DNA of 64,000 bases from Alphaproteobacteria bacterium UBA2966 (GCA_002348365.1 DEBC01000089.1:7794-71793); one strand, 5' to 3'; numbered from the stretch's first letter, positions 49,252-59,459 are shown. Numbers and translations: made by a program. Notes: generated from the letters alone by a model not told the origin.

Positions 49252-50115
49252 TCATTTTACGGGGATCCCCACTGCGCGCCGGACATCCTCGGGAGTCATA
49301 CCCTGATCCCGGAGCGTCCGCAGGCTCTTCGCCTTATCCCGGGTTGCGAGGCGTTGGCCCGCCTCGTCCGCGATCAATCGATGGTGGTGATATCGCGGCG
49401 GCGGCAGTTGCAGCAGTTCCTGCAAGAGCCGGTGGATGTGGGTTGCCGGCTTCAGGTCCAGCCCCCGCGTCACGAGTGTGATTCCCTGGAGCGCATCATC
49501 GACCGTTACGGCCAGGTGATAACTCGTCGGGATGTCTTTTCGAGCAATGACGACATCGCCGTGCAGTGAGGCGTTGACGGGCTGCGCATCCGAGTCGGCT
49601 TCGTTCCAGAAGATGTGTCCGGCCTGTTCACCCAGCGTCAGTAGTGCTTTTTCCACATTGAGACGCAACGCGAACGACGCACCTTCCACCTGACGTCTCG
49701 CACGCTCGCTTTCTCCCAGGTTCTTGCAGATGCCCGGATAGAGCGGGCCATCGGGTCCCTGTGGGGCGCTTGGGCTGCGTGCGATCTCAGACCGGATTTC
49801 CGCGCGCGTGCAAAAACAGGGATACACGATCTCGAGATCACGAAGACGCTCAAGTGCTTTGCGATAGTCTGCCAGGTGATCGGATTGCCGGCGCACCGGC
49901 GTCTCCCAACTCAGTCCAAGCCATGTGAGGTCTTCAAGGATCGCCTGCTCGAACTCCGGCCGGGCGCGGGAACCGTCGATATCCTCGATACGCAGGAGAA
50001 AGCGGCCTCCGGTCTCGCGGGCCGCTGCTTCCGCAAACAGTGCGGCATAGGCGTGTCCCAGGTGCAGATGCCCGGTCGGACTCGGTGCGAAGCGCGTGAC
50101 AATTTGGTCGGACAT
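49252..50115 (-). CDS. gluQ: tRNA glutamyl-Q(34) synthetase (GluRS paralog)
   Basis: 'TRFAPSPTGHLHLGHA' HIGH motif. Truncated GluRS catalytic domain only (~287 aa), typical of GluQRS/YadB. Confidence 0.8.
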   Translation of the reverse strand: MSDQIVTRFAPSPTGHLHLGHAYAALFAEAAARETGGRFLLRIEDIDGSRARPEFEQAILEDLTWLGLSWETPVRRQSDHLADYRKALERLRDLEIVYPCFCTRAEIRSEIARSPSAPQGPDGPLYPGICKNLGESERARRQVEGASFALRLNVEKALLTLGEQAGHIFWNEADSDAQPVNASLHGDVVIARKDIPTSYHLAVTVDDALQGITLVTRGLDLKPATHIHRLLQELLQLPPPRYHHHRLIADEAGQRLATRDKAKSLRTLRDQGMTPEDVRRAVGIPVK

Positions 50116-50216
50116 GGACGTGACACCAGATCAGATCGCGGTCGGGTATGAGGCATTGATCTAGCATACCGGCCGGGGCATTTGCTCCCGGCTTCATCTT
50201 GGGCTAACTCACACGC

Positions 50217-50885
50217 ATGGCCCAAGCACGGAAGACTAGGTCCCGGACCACCAAGCGCGAACGTGAGTGGCGAATCGCCGAAGCCGTCAAGGAATTGACG
50301 ACGCGGGATGCTGAACTGGCGCGCGCTCACGAATTCGGCGGGCCCTTTCACGATCGCTCGCGCAAGGCCGGTTTCGAAACACTGGTCCTGCTGGTTGTCG
50401 AACAGCAGCTGTCGCTGGCTTCGGCAGCGGCCATCATGGGACGGGTCCGGGATGCCGTCGTGCCGTTCAAGCCGGAGATATTGCTCGGCATGAGCGATCG
50501 GCGTCTGCGCGGGCTCGGCCTCAGTGGGGCCAAAGTCAGATACTGCCGTGCCCTGGCACAGGCCTTTGTTGACGGGGACCTCAAGCCGGCCCGACTGGCC
50601 CGTCTGGATGATTCCTTGGTGATCGAGGAACTGACCAGGGTCAAAGGGATCGGGCCCTGGACGGCGGAGATTTACCTGTTGTCCGCGCTGGGACGGCTCG
50701 ACATATTACCCGCGGGTGATTTGGCGCTTCAGGTCGCGGCCCAGCATCTTTATGACCTGCCCGACCGGCCCGATGCCAAGGCGCTGCGCGACATGGGTGA
50801 GGCCTGGCGCCCCTACCGCAGTGTTGCCGCACGGATCCTTTGGCAATACTACCGCGCGCTCAAGGGGCGGGAAGTGGCGCCATGA
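50217..50885 (+). CDS. DNA-3-methyladenine glycosylase II-like (HhH-GPD superfamily)
   Basis: HhH 'LTRVKGIGPWTAEIYLL' followed by Gly/Pro-Asp region 'LPAGDLAL'. AlkA-like, 222 aa. Confidence 0.65.
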   Translation: MAQARKTRSRTTKREREWRIAEAVKELTTRDAELARAHEFGGPFHDRSRKAGFETLVLLVVEQQLSLASAAAIMGRVRDAVVPFKPEILLGMSDRRLRGLGLSGAKVRYCRALAQAFVDGDLKPARLARLDDSLVIEELTRVKGIGPWTAEIYLLSALGRLDILPAGDLALQVAAQHLYDLPDRPDAKALRDMGEAWRPYRSVAARILWQYYRALKGREVAP

Positions 50886-50903
50886 CGTCGAAGGGAGTTT
50901 TCA

Positions 50904-51593
50904 ATGTCCGATAGGGTCAAGGCGGTATCGGTGATGTGGACCGAAATACCGGAAGAAGTCGAACACGATCTGAACGAATGGTACGACCGCGAGCACGTCA
51001 AGAACCGCGTCGACGTCCCAGGCTATGTCTGGGGCAAGCGGTACAAGGCTGTTCAGGGCGGTCCCGCCTACATGGCCGTGTACGCGACCGAATCCCCCCA
51101 CGTGCAGGCAGGGGATGACTTCCTCGAAGTCGTCCAGAATCCCACCCCCGGCGAAACTGAGTTCGCGCCTCACTTCTACAACACCATCCGCATGATGTGC
51201 GATGTCACCGCGAGCGTCGGGGATTCCGAAGGTGGTTTTGCCGGTTTTCTCACTCTCACACCCATGGAAGGTGCGGAAGAGAAGCTACGGGGTTTCGTCG
51301 CTGACACCGCGCTGCCGGCGCTGCTCGAACATCACGGGATCATGGCTGCCCACCTCTGGGAGCGAAATCCCGAGACCACAGCCATGGCATCTCGCGGCTT
51401 CCCCGGCGACAACCTGCCCAAGAGCATGATGGCACCCGACTGGATGCTGGCCTTTGAAGGGACGTCGCTCGAGGGCGTCATCGCCGCCAAGAATGAGCTG
51501 CTGCCCGAGAGCGTGTTGCGGGGACACGGTGCAGAGCCCGACCTGCTCTTTGCGGCAATGCATCTCACCTATCGATACGAACACAGGGACTGA
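50904..51593 (+). CDS. conserved hypothetical protein (internal ~100-aa tandem repeat)
   Basis: ORF with good coding character and a tight operon-like junction to the next gene. No family recognised with confidence. Confidence 0.4.
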   Translation: MSDRVKAVSVMWTEIPEEVEHDLNEWYDREHVKNRVDVPGYVWGKRYKAVQGGPAYMAVYATESPHVQAGDDFLEVVQNPTPGETEFAPHFYNTIRMMCDVTASVGDSEGGFAGFLTLTPMEGAEEKLRGFVADTALPALLEHHGIMAAHLWERNPETTAMASRGFPGDNLPKSMMAPDWMLAFEGTSLEGVIAAKNELLPESVLRGHGAEPDLLFAAMHLTYRYEHRD

Positions 51594-51595
51594 CC

Positions 51596-52342
51596 ATGGC
51601 AACACCGCCCCGGCTTGATGGACCCCGCATGCCGCCCGCATATGGCGGGCCGCCACGGCAGCTTGTGATCCTGTTGCATGGGTACGGAGCAGACGGAAAC
51701 GATCTCATCTCATTGGGCGGATATTGGCAGTCGCGGCTGCCGGGTGCCGCTTTTGTCGCGCCCAACGGACCCGAGCATTCGGAGGTCGTGCCACAGGGGC
51801 GTCAGTGGTTCTCACTGGGCAACTATGATCCCAACAAGCTGCGCCGTGATCCGGCGGGTGCGTCCGCCGAGTATGATCGGCGCGAGGCTGATGTTGAAAA
51901 GGCCGCCCCCGCACTGAATGCATTCATCGATGCCGAGTTGGAGCGCTACGGTCTTGATGAGAGTTCGCTCGCCCTGGTCGGGTTCAGCCAGGGCACGATG
52001 ATGTCCCTGTACGTCAGTCTGCGGCGGGAACGTCAATGCGCCGCGGTCGTTGGTTTCTCGGGCGCCCTGTGTGGCGCGTCCGGCACACCAGCGGCGACAC
52101 GCTCGAGGCCACCGGTATTCCTGTTTCATGGTGACGCGGACGAGGTTGTCCCCATCCACGCCCTATTCCTCGGTGTCGAGGGCTTGGCCGCGGCGGGAGT
52201 CTCCGTGGAGTGGCACATCTGCAATGGCATCGGTCACGGCATCGCGCCGGATGCCTTGGAACTCAGCGGCCGTTTCCTCGCCGAAGCATTCTCGGGTGCG
52301 CGTCAACCTGTCGAGGTCGCCCAGATCGGGGACCGGGCCTAG
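51596..52342 (+). CDS. phospholipase/carboxylesterase family alpha/beta hydrolase
   Basis: 'LVGFSQGTMMSL' GxSxG. 'VFLFHGDADEVVP'. C-terminal His. About 248 aa (esterase YpfH-like). Confidence 0.7.
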   Translation: MATPPRLDGPRMPPAYGGPPRQLVILLHGYGADGNDLISLGGYWQSRLPGAAFVAPNGPEHSEVVPQGRQWFSLGNYDPNKLRRDPAGASAEYDRREADVEKAAPALNAFIDAELERYGLDESSLALVGFSQGTMMSLYVSLRRERQCAAVVGFSGALCGASGTPAATRSRPPVFLFHGDADEVVPIHALFLGVEGLAAAGVSVEWHICNGIGHGIAPDALELSGRFLAEAFSGARQPVEVAQIGDRA

Positions 52343-52519
52343 CCAGGCAAGTTGGAACCGGGCCGGTTCCCGTCACGCAATCGAAACATGGTGTGTGCCA
52401 GGAATTGACCCCCAGCATGTTGTGTTTTGGGGGATCAGTGCCCAAAATAACCGCCGTAGTTTGGTGGTTCGGAGCTGCAATCCCGGGGAAATCAACTTTC
52501 GAAGCTCACTGACTCGGTC

Positions 52520-53071
52520 ATGACACAGACATTGGAAGGCTCACCAGCGCTCGTCCTGAATGCGGATTACCAGCCGCTCAGCTATTTCCCTCTGTCGCTC
52601 TGGCCCTGGCAGGAGTCTGTCAAGGCTGTCTTCCTCGACCGAGTCAATATCGTCTCCGAATACGAACGCTGGATATCTTCGCCGTCCTTCAAGATGCGGC
52701 TGCCGAGCGTGGTATCGCTCAAGCGTTACGTGAAGCCGGCGCACACGCCCGCCTTCACCCGATTCAATGTTTTTCTGAGGGATTCCTTCACCTGCCAGTA
52801 TTGCGGCAGCAACAATGATCTAACCTTTGATCATTTGATCCCGCGCTCGCAGGGTGGAAAAACGCGTTGGCACAACGTGGTCGCGGCCTGCTCACGGTGC
52901 AATCTCAAGAAGGGCGGCCGCCGGCCGGAACAGGCGGGGATGTATCCCCGCACCATGCCGATAGAGCCCTCGATGTTCAAACTGCAGCAGATCGGGCGGC
53001 GTTTCCCACCAAACCATCTTCACGAGAGCTGGCGGGACTACCTGTACTGGGATACGGAACTCGAACCCTAA
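52520..53071 (+). CDS. HNH endonuclease
   Basis: 'CQYCGS...DHLIPRSQGG...WHNVVAACSRCNLKKG' HNH zinc finger/nuclease motif. 183 aa. Confidence 0.75.
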   Translation: MTQTLEGSPALVLNADYQPLSYFPLSLWPWQESVKAVFLDRVNIVSEYERWISSPSFKMRLPSVVSLKRYVKPAHTPAFTRFNVFLRDSFTCQYCGSNNDLTFDHLIPRSQGGKTRWHNVVAACSRCNLKKGGRRPEQAGMYPRTMPIEPSMFKLQQIGRRFPPNHLHESWRDYLYWDTELEP

Positions 53072-53091
53072 AATCCGAGTGTCAGTGGCGA

Positions 53092-54243
53092 CTAACGGAG
53101 AATGTCGCAGAGTTCCTGCGCCAAAATTTCACCAGCAACCCGGTGTCCGTTCTCGTTCCAGTGGCCGCCGGCAAAGCTCTCCCGGCCGTGAAAACGGACG
53201 CTGCCGCCGACGGCGCGGGCGGCCAGCCGTTCGGCCAGCGCAATGACCTCGAAGCCTGAGTTTCGACCAAAGCTGGCGAGGCGCCGATCGGGGTAGAGCA
53301 AGTCATCAACGCCGAGTTCCTGGGCGGCGGTGACTCGCAGGTCGAGGTCCGGCGTCACCTGTATCGGATTGCTCAGCGTGGTCAGGACAAAACGCGCACC
53401 CATTTTCCGCGAACTCTCTGCCGCGCGCGCCATCAGTGCCTCGGTGATGGCCCAGGCATTTTGCCACGCTTCGTCTTCCGGCGCCCGGTACAGCTTGCCA
53501 CTCAAGCCTGCCGTGAGCTGATCGGCGACACTGAGGTCCCGGTACTTGAGACGTGCCTTCATGGCGGAATAGGCCTGACGCATGACCTGAACGGATCTCA
53601 GCGCGTTGAAGGCACCATGCTTGATATCGGTCCACAGGCGCTTCATGCGAAACGAGGCGGTACGCAGATGTTCGTTCTCGAGCCGCAGCGAACCGCTCTC
53701 CAACCGGAAATATGGTCGCCCCGGATGGCCGTCGATCGCCCGGCTGTTGTTGGCAATGTCATTGCCCGTGAAGGCGGCCAGGAGAACCACGTCCGGTGCG
53801 TACTTCTCCACCCGATGTTCCAGCACCAGGACCTGTTGGGCGGTGCCGTAACCGTTGACCGCAAAACTGAGGACTTCAGCTGACATTCCTTCGGGCCGAA
53901 GGCACGCACTGAGGCCGTTTTCCATCACCTTCCAGAATGTCGCCTTCAGCGCCACCTCCCGGCCTTCTGCAAACGAATCGCCGAGCACTGCAACCCTGAG
54001 GACGTGCCCGGCCTTGTCCCGTGCGTGGTCTATGTCGCGAAATCCCTCGGAATTTATCGAAATATGGGTGCGGCTCTCGATGGCATAGATCCCCTCGATG
54101 CCGGGTCGCGGCGACCAGCCCAATAGCGGGTCGAGGCGATTGAACTCAGGGTACGCGATGCCTCCGATGCGCAGGCCGATCTCCGCGGCCAGGAGTGACA
54201 GCATCAGGCTGACGACGAGGAGGAGGACGTTGTTAAGCTTCAA
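53092..54243 (-). CDS. SGNH/GDSL hydrolase family protein
   Basis: N-terminal signal anchor. 'VAVLGDSF' GDS block. 'GGHWNENGH' DxxH block. 383 aa. Confidence 0.6.
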   Translation of the reverse strand: MKLNNVLLLVVSLMLSLLAAEIGLRIGGIAYPEFNRLDPLLGWSPRPGIEGIYAIESRTHISINSEGFRDIDHARDKAGHVLRVAVLGDSFAEGREVALKATFWKVMENGLSACLRPEGMSAEVLSFAVNGYGTAQQVLVLEHRVEKYAPDVVLLAAFTGNDIANNSRAIDGHPGRPYFRLESGSLRLENEHLRTASFRMKRLWTDIKHGAFNALRSVQVMRQAYSAMKARLKYRDLSVADQLTAGLSGKLYRAPEDEAWQNAWAITEALMARAAESSRKMGARFVLTTLSNPIQVTPDLDLRVTAAQELGVDDLLYPDRRLASFGRNSGFEVIALAERLAARAVGGSVRFHGRESFAGGHWNENGHRVAGEILAQELCDILR

Positions 54244-54287
54244 GGGAGGTGGCGAATGAATTATGCCGTCGCGGGGAGGCCGGCTCG

Positions 54288-54905
54288 CTAGAGCCGTTCG
54301 GACAGCCAGATTGCAAGGCGTGATCCGGCCTTGATTGCCGAGGTCAGGGCCTCATACCCGGGTGCGTCACGAGCGCCGCTATCGAGGGCCTCGTCGCGGT
54401 GTGCGATCTCGTCCGCCCGGAACCGGTCGATCGTGTCTCGCAGTGATGCCTCGTCGTCGCCAAGCTGTCGGGATTGATGATCATAGTGTTCGTCGATGAC
54501 TTCTTCGATAGCGACCGTACAGGCGTGGGCGGCTTTCTCGCCCATCAGCGCCGTTCCCGCACCAAGGGCGAATCCCGCCACATGCCACAGGGGTGTCAGG
54601 GCGGTAGGCCGCACGCGCCGGTCCACAACCAGCTTATTGAACGTTTCGAGGTGCTCGCGTTCCTGTTCCGCCATGCGGCGCAATGCGGTCCCGGCAGGGC
54701 CTTTACCAAGGACAGCGAGTTGACCTTCGTAAATGCGGACGGCACCGAACTCACCGGCGTGATCAACGCGGATCATGCGCTCAACCAGATCTTCCGGTGG
54801 CAGGTCGCCGGGAAGGCGGTCTTCGCCCGTTTGCCGGGGGTGCTGGCGCTTCGATGGTGAGGCGTTCAACCGGTCCTCGCTGTCGAGCTTTTCCGTTCGG
54901 GTCAC
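54288..54905 (-). CDS. demethoxyubiquinone hydroxylase family protein (COQ7)
   Basis: 'MIRVDHAGEFGAVRIYEGQ' COQ7 signature. Di-iron carboxylate ExxH motifs. GTG start at 54905 overlapping the dsbB stop (GTGA) proposed. Track ORF is longer. Confidence 0.7.
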   Translation of the reverse strand: MTRTEKLDSEDRLNASPSKRQHPRQTGEDRLPGDLPPEDLVERMIRVDHAGEFGAVRIYEGQLAVLGKGPAGTALRRMAEQEREHLETFNKLVVDRRVRPTALTPLWHVAGFALGAGTALMGEKAAHACTVAIEEVIDEHYDHQSRQLGDDEASLRDTIDRFRADEIAHRDEALDSGARDAPGYEALTSAIKAGSRLAIWLSERL

Positions 54906-55408
54906 GAAGGTTCCTGCTGCAAATTCTTTCGGGCTGCCATCACCGCGAATCCGGTGAGGGCGAGCGATGCCAGCAGATTGTACCCCGCCATGGAAATACC
55001 GAACAGCGACCATGCCACCTCATCGCACCGGGCGGCCGGTGCTGACATGATCTGGGAGCGCAATTCATCCACGGACTGGGCCGTGCCTGCAGCAGCACCG
55101 GTGCATTCCGCCGTACCGGCCCACCAGGCCTGTTCGACCCCGACGTGATAAGTGGCGATGCCCGCGCCGACCAGGAACGCCACCGCCGCCAGGCCGTGGA
55201 CAATCCCAACCGTCCTTGATTTGGTGGACAGCACCAGGCCGATGACCGCGAGCGCGATCGTCGCGGCATAGGGGATTCGTTGATAGAGGCAGAGGACGCA
55301 TGGATCGAGGCCGCTGACGTATTGTGACAACAGCGCCGTTCCCAGAATTGCCGCGCTGGCAATCAGGAGTACCAGTGTGCTTGTGCGGGCGCTCAACAGG
55401 TCTGACAT
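54902..55408 (-). CDS. dsbB: disulfide bond formation protein B
   Basis: 4 TM helices. 'LDPCVLCLYQRIPY' first periplasmic Cys pair. Second pair 'CDEV...C'. Confidence 0.8.
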   Translation of the reverse strand: MSDLLSARTSTLVLLIASAAILGTALLSQYVSGLDPCVLCLYQRIPYAATIALAVIGLVLSTKSRTVGIVHGLAAVAFLVGAGIATYHVGVEQAWWAGTAECTGAAAGTAQSVDELRSQIMSAPAARCDEVAWSLFGISMAGYNLLASLALTGFAVMAARKNLQQEPS

Positions 55409-55451
55409 CTGCGTCGACTAGGATTCGGCGTGATACTCAGCCATATGGGCC

Positions 55452-56033
55452 TCAGAAGGCATAGCGCAAGACCACGAATCCTGCGAATAGTGTGATCACG
55501 AACACCGTTGCCACGATCTTGAGGTTGTCCTCGACGAAGGTTCGGATGGGCGGACCGAAACGCCACAGCAGGAAGGCCACGGCATAAAACCGAAGACCGC
55601 GTGAGATCAACGACCCCGCGATGAAGGGCAACAGGCCGAGCCCCGTGACGCCGCTGGCTATCGTGAAAACCTTGTAGGGCAGAGGCGTGAGTCCCGCGGC
55701 GAACACAATCAAAAGGCCCCATTCGTTGTACTGGGCCTGGAAGTCGGCGAAACGATCCGCGTAGCCGTAGAAGTTGAGCAGAGGCCGACCGATGGTCTCG
55801 TAGAGGAAAAATCCTATGGCGTAGCCTGCGATACCGCCCAGGACGGAAGAGATCGTGCAGACGGCCGCGATCAAAAACGCCCGAGCCCGCGCTGCCAGGA
55901 CCATCGGAATGAGCATGACATCGGGCGGGATGGGAAAGAACGAGCTTTCCGTGAACGACACCAGGGCGAGCGCCGGTACCGCACGTCGATGCGCAGCGAG
56001 CGATAGTGTCCAGTCATAGAGGCGTTGCAGCAC
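55452..56033 (-). CDS. YqaA family (DedA/VTT-related) membrane protein
   Basis: Polytopic membrane protein. 'SFFPIPPDVMLIPMVLA' VTT-like motif. 193 aa. Confidence 0.55.
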   Translation of the reverse strand: MLQRLYDWTLSLAAHRRAVPALALVSFTESSFFPIPPDVMLIPMVLAARARAFLIAAVCTISSVLGGIAGYAIGFFLYETIGRPLLNFYGYADRFADFQAQYNEWGLLIVFAAGLTPLPYKVFTIASGVTGLGLLPFIAGSLISRGLRFYAVAFLLWRFGPPIRTFVEDNLKIVATVFVITLFAGFVVLRYAF

Positions 56034-56168
56034 GTCAGGAGGTCCATTTCGGGCGGTGGGATGGCCGTCGCTATATCAGGCGCAGGCGCCAAGAGCAACG
56101 CAAGCGGCCAGCTCGCCAATTCTTATGCGATTCAGGGGCGGTGTCGTCTGTTTGGATGGATCACCTTA

Positions 56169-56196
56169 TTGACCGGCGACCACCCTCGACTATGAT
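56169..56196 (+). promoter_or_regulatory. sigma70-like promoter for tRNA-Leu (TTGACC-16 bp-TATGAT)
   Basis: Seen directly. The -10 ends 9 nt before the mature tRNA 5' end. Confidence 0.5.
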
Positions 56197-56205
56197 CCGC
56201 CCCGT

Positions 56206-56292
56206 GCCCCTGTGGCGAAATTGGTAGACGCGACAGACTCAAAATCTGTTCTCCGCAAGGGGGTGCTGGTTCGAGTCCGGCCGGGGGCACCA
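56206..56292 (+). tRNA. tRNA-Leu (anticodon CAA), type II with long variable arm, CCA encoded
   Basis: Acceptor GCCCCTG/CGGGGGC. Anticodon loop 'cuCAAaa'. Long variable arm. T-arm 'GGTTCGAGTCC'. 3' ACCA. Confidence 0.9.
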
Positions 56293-56508
56293 TCCGCCTT
56301 CGCTGAAGCTGCGGCGGATTATCTTCCTATCCCGTGAAGAGAGCTCTTGGGCATGTCCTCCATGGATGGCTTTAGCGACGGAGGGCCGGGAACATCCGCC
56401 ATCCCGGGGATCTTGGGGTACAGGGCAGTTGCCTGCCCAGGTTACCTGTAAGGCAGCGCGTCAGGTAATCACCCACGAGATCACTGAAATCTCGTCTGGG
56501 CGACGACT

Positions 56509-57303
56509 TCAGGTGTTGAGAAAGGCCATGATTGCGGCGGCAAGTTCGTTGCCTCGTGTTTCCGGAATCATATGTCCACCCCCCTCAAGTTCGATGAAGC
56601 GGGATTCAGGTATGCGTTCGGCTATGTTGCGGCCATGCCAAGCCGGCATGAGCTGGTCATCCCGAGCCGATACAACCAGTGTGGGACAGGAGACAGCAGG
56701 GGTCAGTGGACGCGTGTCATACGACAGGATGGCGTTGAGCCTGTGTGAGATCTGTTCGGCGTCCTGCGGTGCGCGTTCAGCTTTTGCCGCCATGCGCTCG
56801 AAGCCCGCTTCGTGTTCTCGACGATAGGCTGGCGGAAACAGTAAACCCACGTTGAAACAGGCATAGTGATAAGGATCGAGCCCTTCCGCTGCCGCGATAC
56901 GCAACCTTTGTGTGATCGTCAACTGGCGGTCTGCGTATTCCCAGGGTGATACCAGGGTCAGGCCATCGACACGTTCCGGGGCGACCGACACCACTGCCAG
57001 CCCAATTCCGCATCCGGTGGAATGGCAGCACAGGTGCGCGTGTTCGATATCCAGAGCATCCAGCAGGCCAACCACTTCGGTTGCACGCGCCTCCATCGTC
57101 ATCGCGCCTGTCGTTGGCAACGGCGCGCTGCGCCCCGTCCCGTACTGGTCGTATCTGTAGACAGTGAATGCTTCGGAGAGCTTACCGACAAACGGCTCGA
57201 TTCCGACAGGCCCGCTGCTTTGAGGGAGCAGCATGACCAACGGGCTTCCACCCCCCTTGCGAGTGTAATGGATTTCACCACCTTCAGCTTGCACCATTGG
57301 CAT
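56509..57303 (-). CDS. alpha/beta hydrolase
   Basis: 'LCCHSTGCGIG' GxSxG nucleophile elbow. C-terminal 'GGGHMIPE' His. 264 aa. Confidence 0.75.
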   Translation of the reverse strand: MPMVQAEGGEIHYTRKGGGSPLVMLLPQSSGPVGIEPFVGKLSEAFTVYRYDQYGTGRSAPLPTTGAMTMEARATEVVGLLDALDIEHAHLCCHSTGCGIGLAVVSVAPERVDGLTLVSPWEYADRQLTITQRLRIAAAEGLDPYHYACFNVGLLFPPAYRREHEAGFERMAAKAERAPQDAEQISHRLNAILSYDTRPLTPAVSCPTLVVSARDDQLMPAWHGRNIAERIPESRFIELEGGGHMIPETRGNELAAAIMAFLNT

Positions 57304-57422
57304 TCAACAGGCCTCCGAACAACCACCCATTCAAGTGGGGAATAATTTCTGCGTGTATACTCGGAAATTCGATCGGCCGCACGTTAGCTCGACCAGAGGA
57401 TTTTGGTCGGATAAATAGAGAT

Positions 57423-59042
57423 ATGTCAGAAACTGAAGTGTTTGGCGAAAAATCCTCCGACACATTCGATGTGGTGATCGTGGGCGCGGGATTTGCCGGG
57501 CTCTACATGCTCTATCGGATGCGCGAGCTCGGGTTCTCCTCACGCGTCTTCGAGGCCGGCTCCGGTGTCGGAGGCACGTGGTACTGGAACCGCTATCCGG
57601 GCGCGCGCTGCGACGTCAACAGCATGGAGTATTCCTATCAGTTCAGCGATGATCTTCAGCAGGAATGGGAATGGACCGAGCGTTTCCCGACCCAGCCGGA
57701 AATCCTGCGCTATGCGGACCATGTCGCCGACAGGTTCGACCTCCGCCGGGATATCCAGTTCAACACGCGTGTGACAGCGGCGTCATTCAACGATGAGGCC
57801 GGCGTATGGATCATCACCACCGATGATGGCGCCGAGGTCTCCTCGAAATTCTGCATCACGGCGATGGGCTGTCTGTCCGAGCCCAATTTTCCGAAATTCC
57901 GGAATATCGATGCATTCGATGGACCGATCTACCACACTGGCAGATGGCCGCACGAGGAAGTCGATTTCACCGGCCAGCGGGTCGCCGTCATCGGCACCGG
58001 TTCCTCTGGCATCCAGGCCATACCGGTCATCGCCGAGCAGGCCGAACATCTGTACGTATTCCAACGAACTGCGAGCTACAGCATCCCGGCACGCAACGCA
58101 CCGCTGGATCCGGAGTTTGTGCGGGAGACCAAGGCCAATTACGCAGAGGTGCGGAAGCGGGTCCGGCAAACCGTTCAGGGAATGTTGACCCGGTTCAACC
58201 CGGCATCCGCCTTGGAGGTGACGCCGGAAGAACGACAGCGCGAGTATGAATCCCGCTGGGTACTGGGCGGATTCGGTTTCATGGCCGCCTTTGCGGACCT
58301 GCTTTCCGACGAGAGAGCCAATGATACCGCCGCGGAATTCGTGCGCGGAAAAATCCGCGAAACGGTGAAGGATCCGGATGTCGCCGAGGCGCTCCTGCCG
58401 CGAAATATCATCGGCGCCAAACGGCTGTGCATAGATACCGACTACTACGCCACGTTCAACCGTCCAAATGTCACCTTGGTCGACGTCAACGATTCGCCGA
58501 TCGAACGCATGACGCGCGACGGAATTGTGACGAAAGGTGAAGAATACAGGGTCGATTCAATCGTGTTCGCGACCGGATTCGATGCCATTACGGGCGCTCT
58601 TCTCAAAGTCGACATCCGCGGCAGGGGTGGGGTCAAACTGCGCGACAAGTGGATCAAGGGACCTCGCGCTTACCTCGGCCTGGCCACGACAGACTTCCCC
58701 AACCTCTTCATGATTACGGGCCCGGGAAGCCCCTCGGTCCTGAGCAACGTGATCGTGTCCATCGAGCAGCACGTCGACTGGATCGGCGAGTGCCTCCAGT
58801 ACATGCGCAATCACGGCGCGACGCGGATTGAACCGCGCCAGACGGCCGAAGACGACTGGATCACTCACGTCAATGAAGTGGCTGACGCGTCGCTGCGATC
58901 GAAGGTCGGTTCGTGGTACGACGGTGCCAATATCCCGGGCAAGGCGCGCATATTCATGCCCTACATCGGTGGTCTGCCGGAGTACGCAGAAAAGTGTGCA
59001 GACATCGCGGCCCATGGATACGAGGGTTTCGTGCTTAGTTAG
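57423..59042 (+). CDS. Baeyer-Villiger (flavin-containing) monooxygenase, type I
   Basis: 'FDVVIVGAGFAGL' FAD. 'FDGPIYHTGRWP' BVMO fingerprint FxGxxxHxxxW. 'VAVIGTGSSG' NADP. Start at MSETE (57423). Confidence 0.85.
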   Translation: MSETEVFGEKSSDTFDVVIVGAGFAGLYMLYRMRELGFSSRVFEAGSGVGGTWYWNRYPGARCDVNSMEYSYQFSDDLQQEWEWTERFPTQPEILRYADHVADRFDLRRDIQFNTRVTAASFNDEAGVWIITTDDGAEVSSKFCITAMGCLSEPNFPKFRNIDAFDGPIYHTGRWPHEEVDFTGQRVAVIGTGSSGIQAIPVIAEQAEHLYVFQRTASYSIPARNAPLDPEFVRETKANYAEVRKRVRQTVQGMLTRFNPASALEVTPEERQREYESRWVLGGFGFMAAFADLLSDERANDTAAEFVRGKIRETVKDPDVAEALLPRNIIGAKRLCIDTDYYATFNRPNVTLVDVNDSPIERMTRDGIVTKGEEYRVDSIVFATGFDAITGALLKVDIRGRGGVKLRDKWIKGPRAYLGLATTDFPNLFMITGPGSPSVLSNVIVSIEQHVDWIGECLQYMRNHGATRIEPRQTAEDDWITHVNEVADASLRSKVGSWYDGANIPGKARIFMPYIGGLPEYAEKCADIAAHGYEGFVLS

Positions 59043-59276
59043 CCTTAGAGACCCGACGGACCATCCGGAAGGAACAGCGTACCCCAGCGCACGGCGGCCG
59101 GTGGGCGCATTTCCGGACCCGACAAAATCTCCTCGAGACATCATCTCCACTGCCATCAAGGAGTGGTGGCTGTGGGAAGCAGATGCGAATTATGATCTGC
59201 GGGCTCATCGAAGCCGACCTGCCACAACTTACCGGCGCCCAAACGTACATTGGGTCAGGCCCGCTCACTCGGAGCG

Positions 59277-59459
59277 CTAGAGACCCGCGCACTACATTTT
59301 CTCCAACCCCCTTGCAGGGGGGAGCGTAGAGGGAGGTGTGTCCGTTGCGTTTATCGCAACTAAGACCGCTGTTCGCCCCTCCCCTACATCCCTCTCCGAT
59401 CTCGGGGAGGGAGGACTCAGTTGGGGGCGATTTGCGTCTCTCTAGTGCGCGAAGCGCTT
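59277..59459. repeat. MITE/REP-like structured intergenic element with imperfect terminal inverted repeats
   Basis: Left 'GCGCTAGAGACCCGCGCACTA' versus right (rc) 'GCGCTTCGCGCACTAGAGAGACGC'. Internal GC-rich inverted repeats. Motif 'TAGAGACCC' repeated at 59044 and 59279. Confidence 0.35.

Noticed and set aside
56293-56508. Integrated mobile element immediately 3' of tRNA-Leu
   Set aside because: No integrase, transposase or phage gene anywhere downstream. The adjacent genes are metabolic. Only weak evidence of accessory origin (the 21-bp repeats further on).
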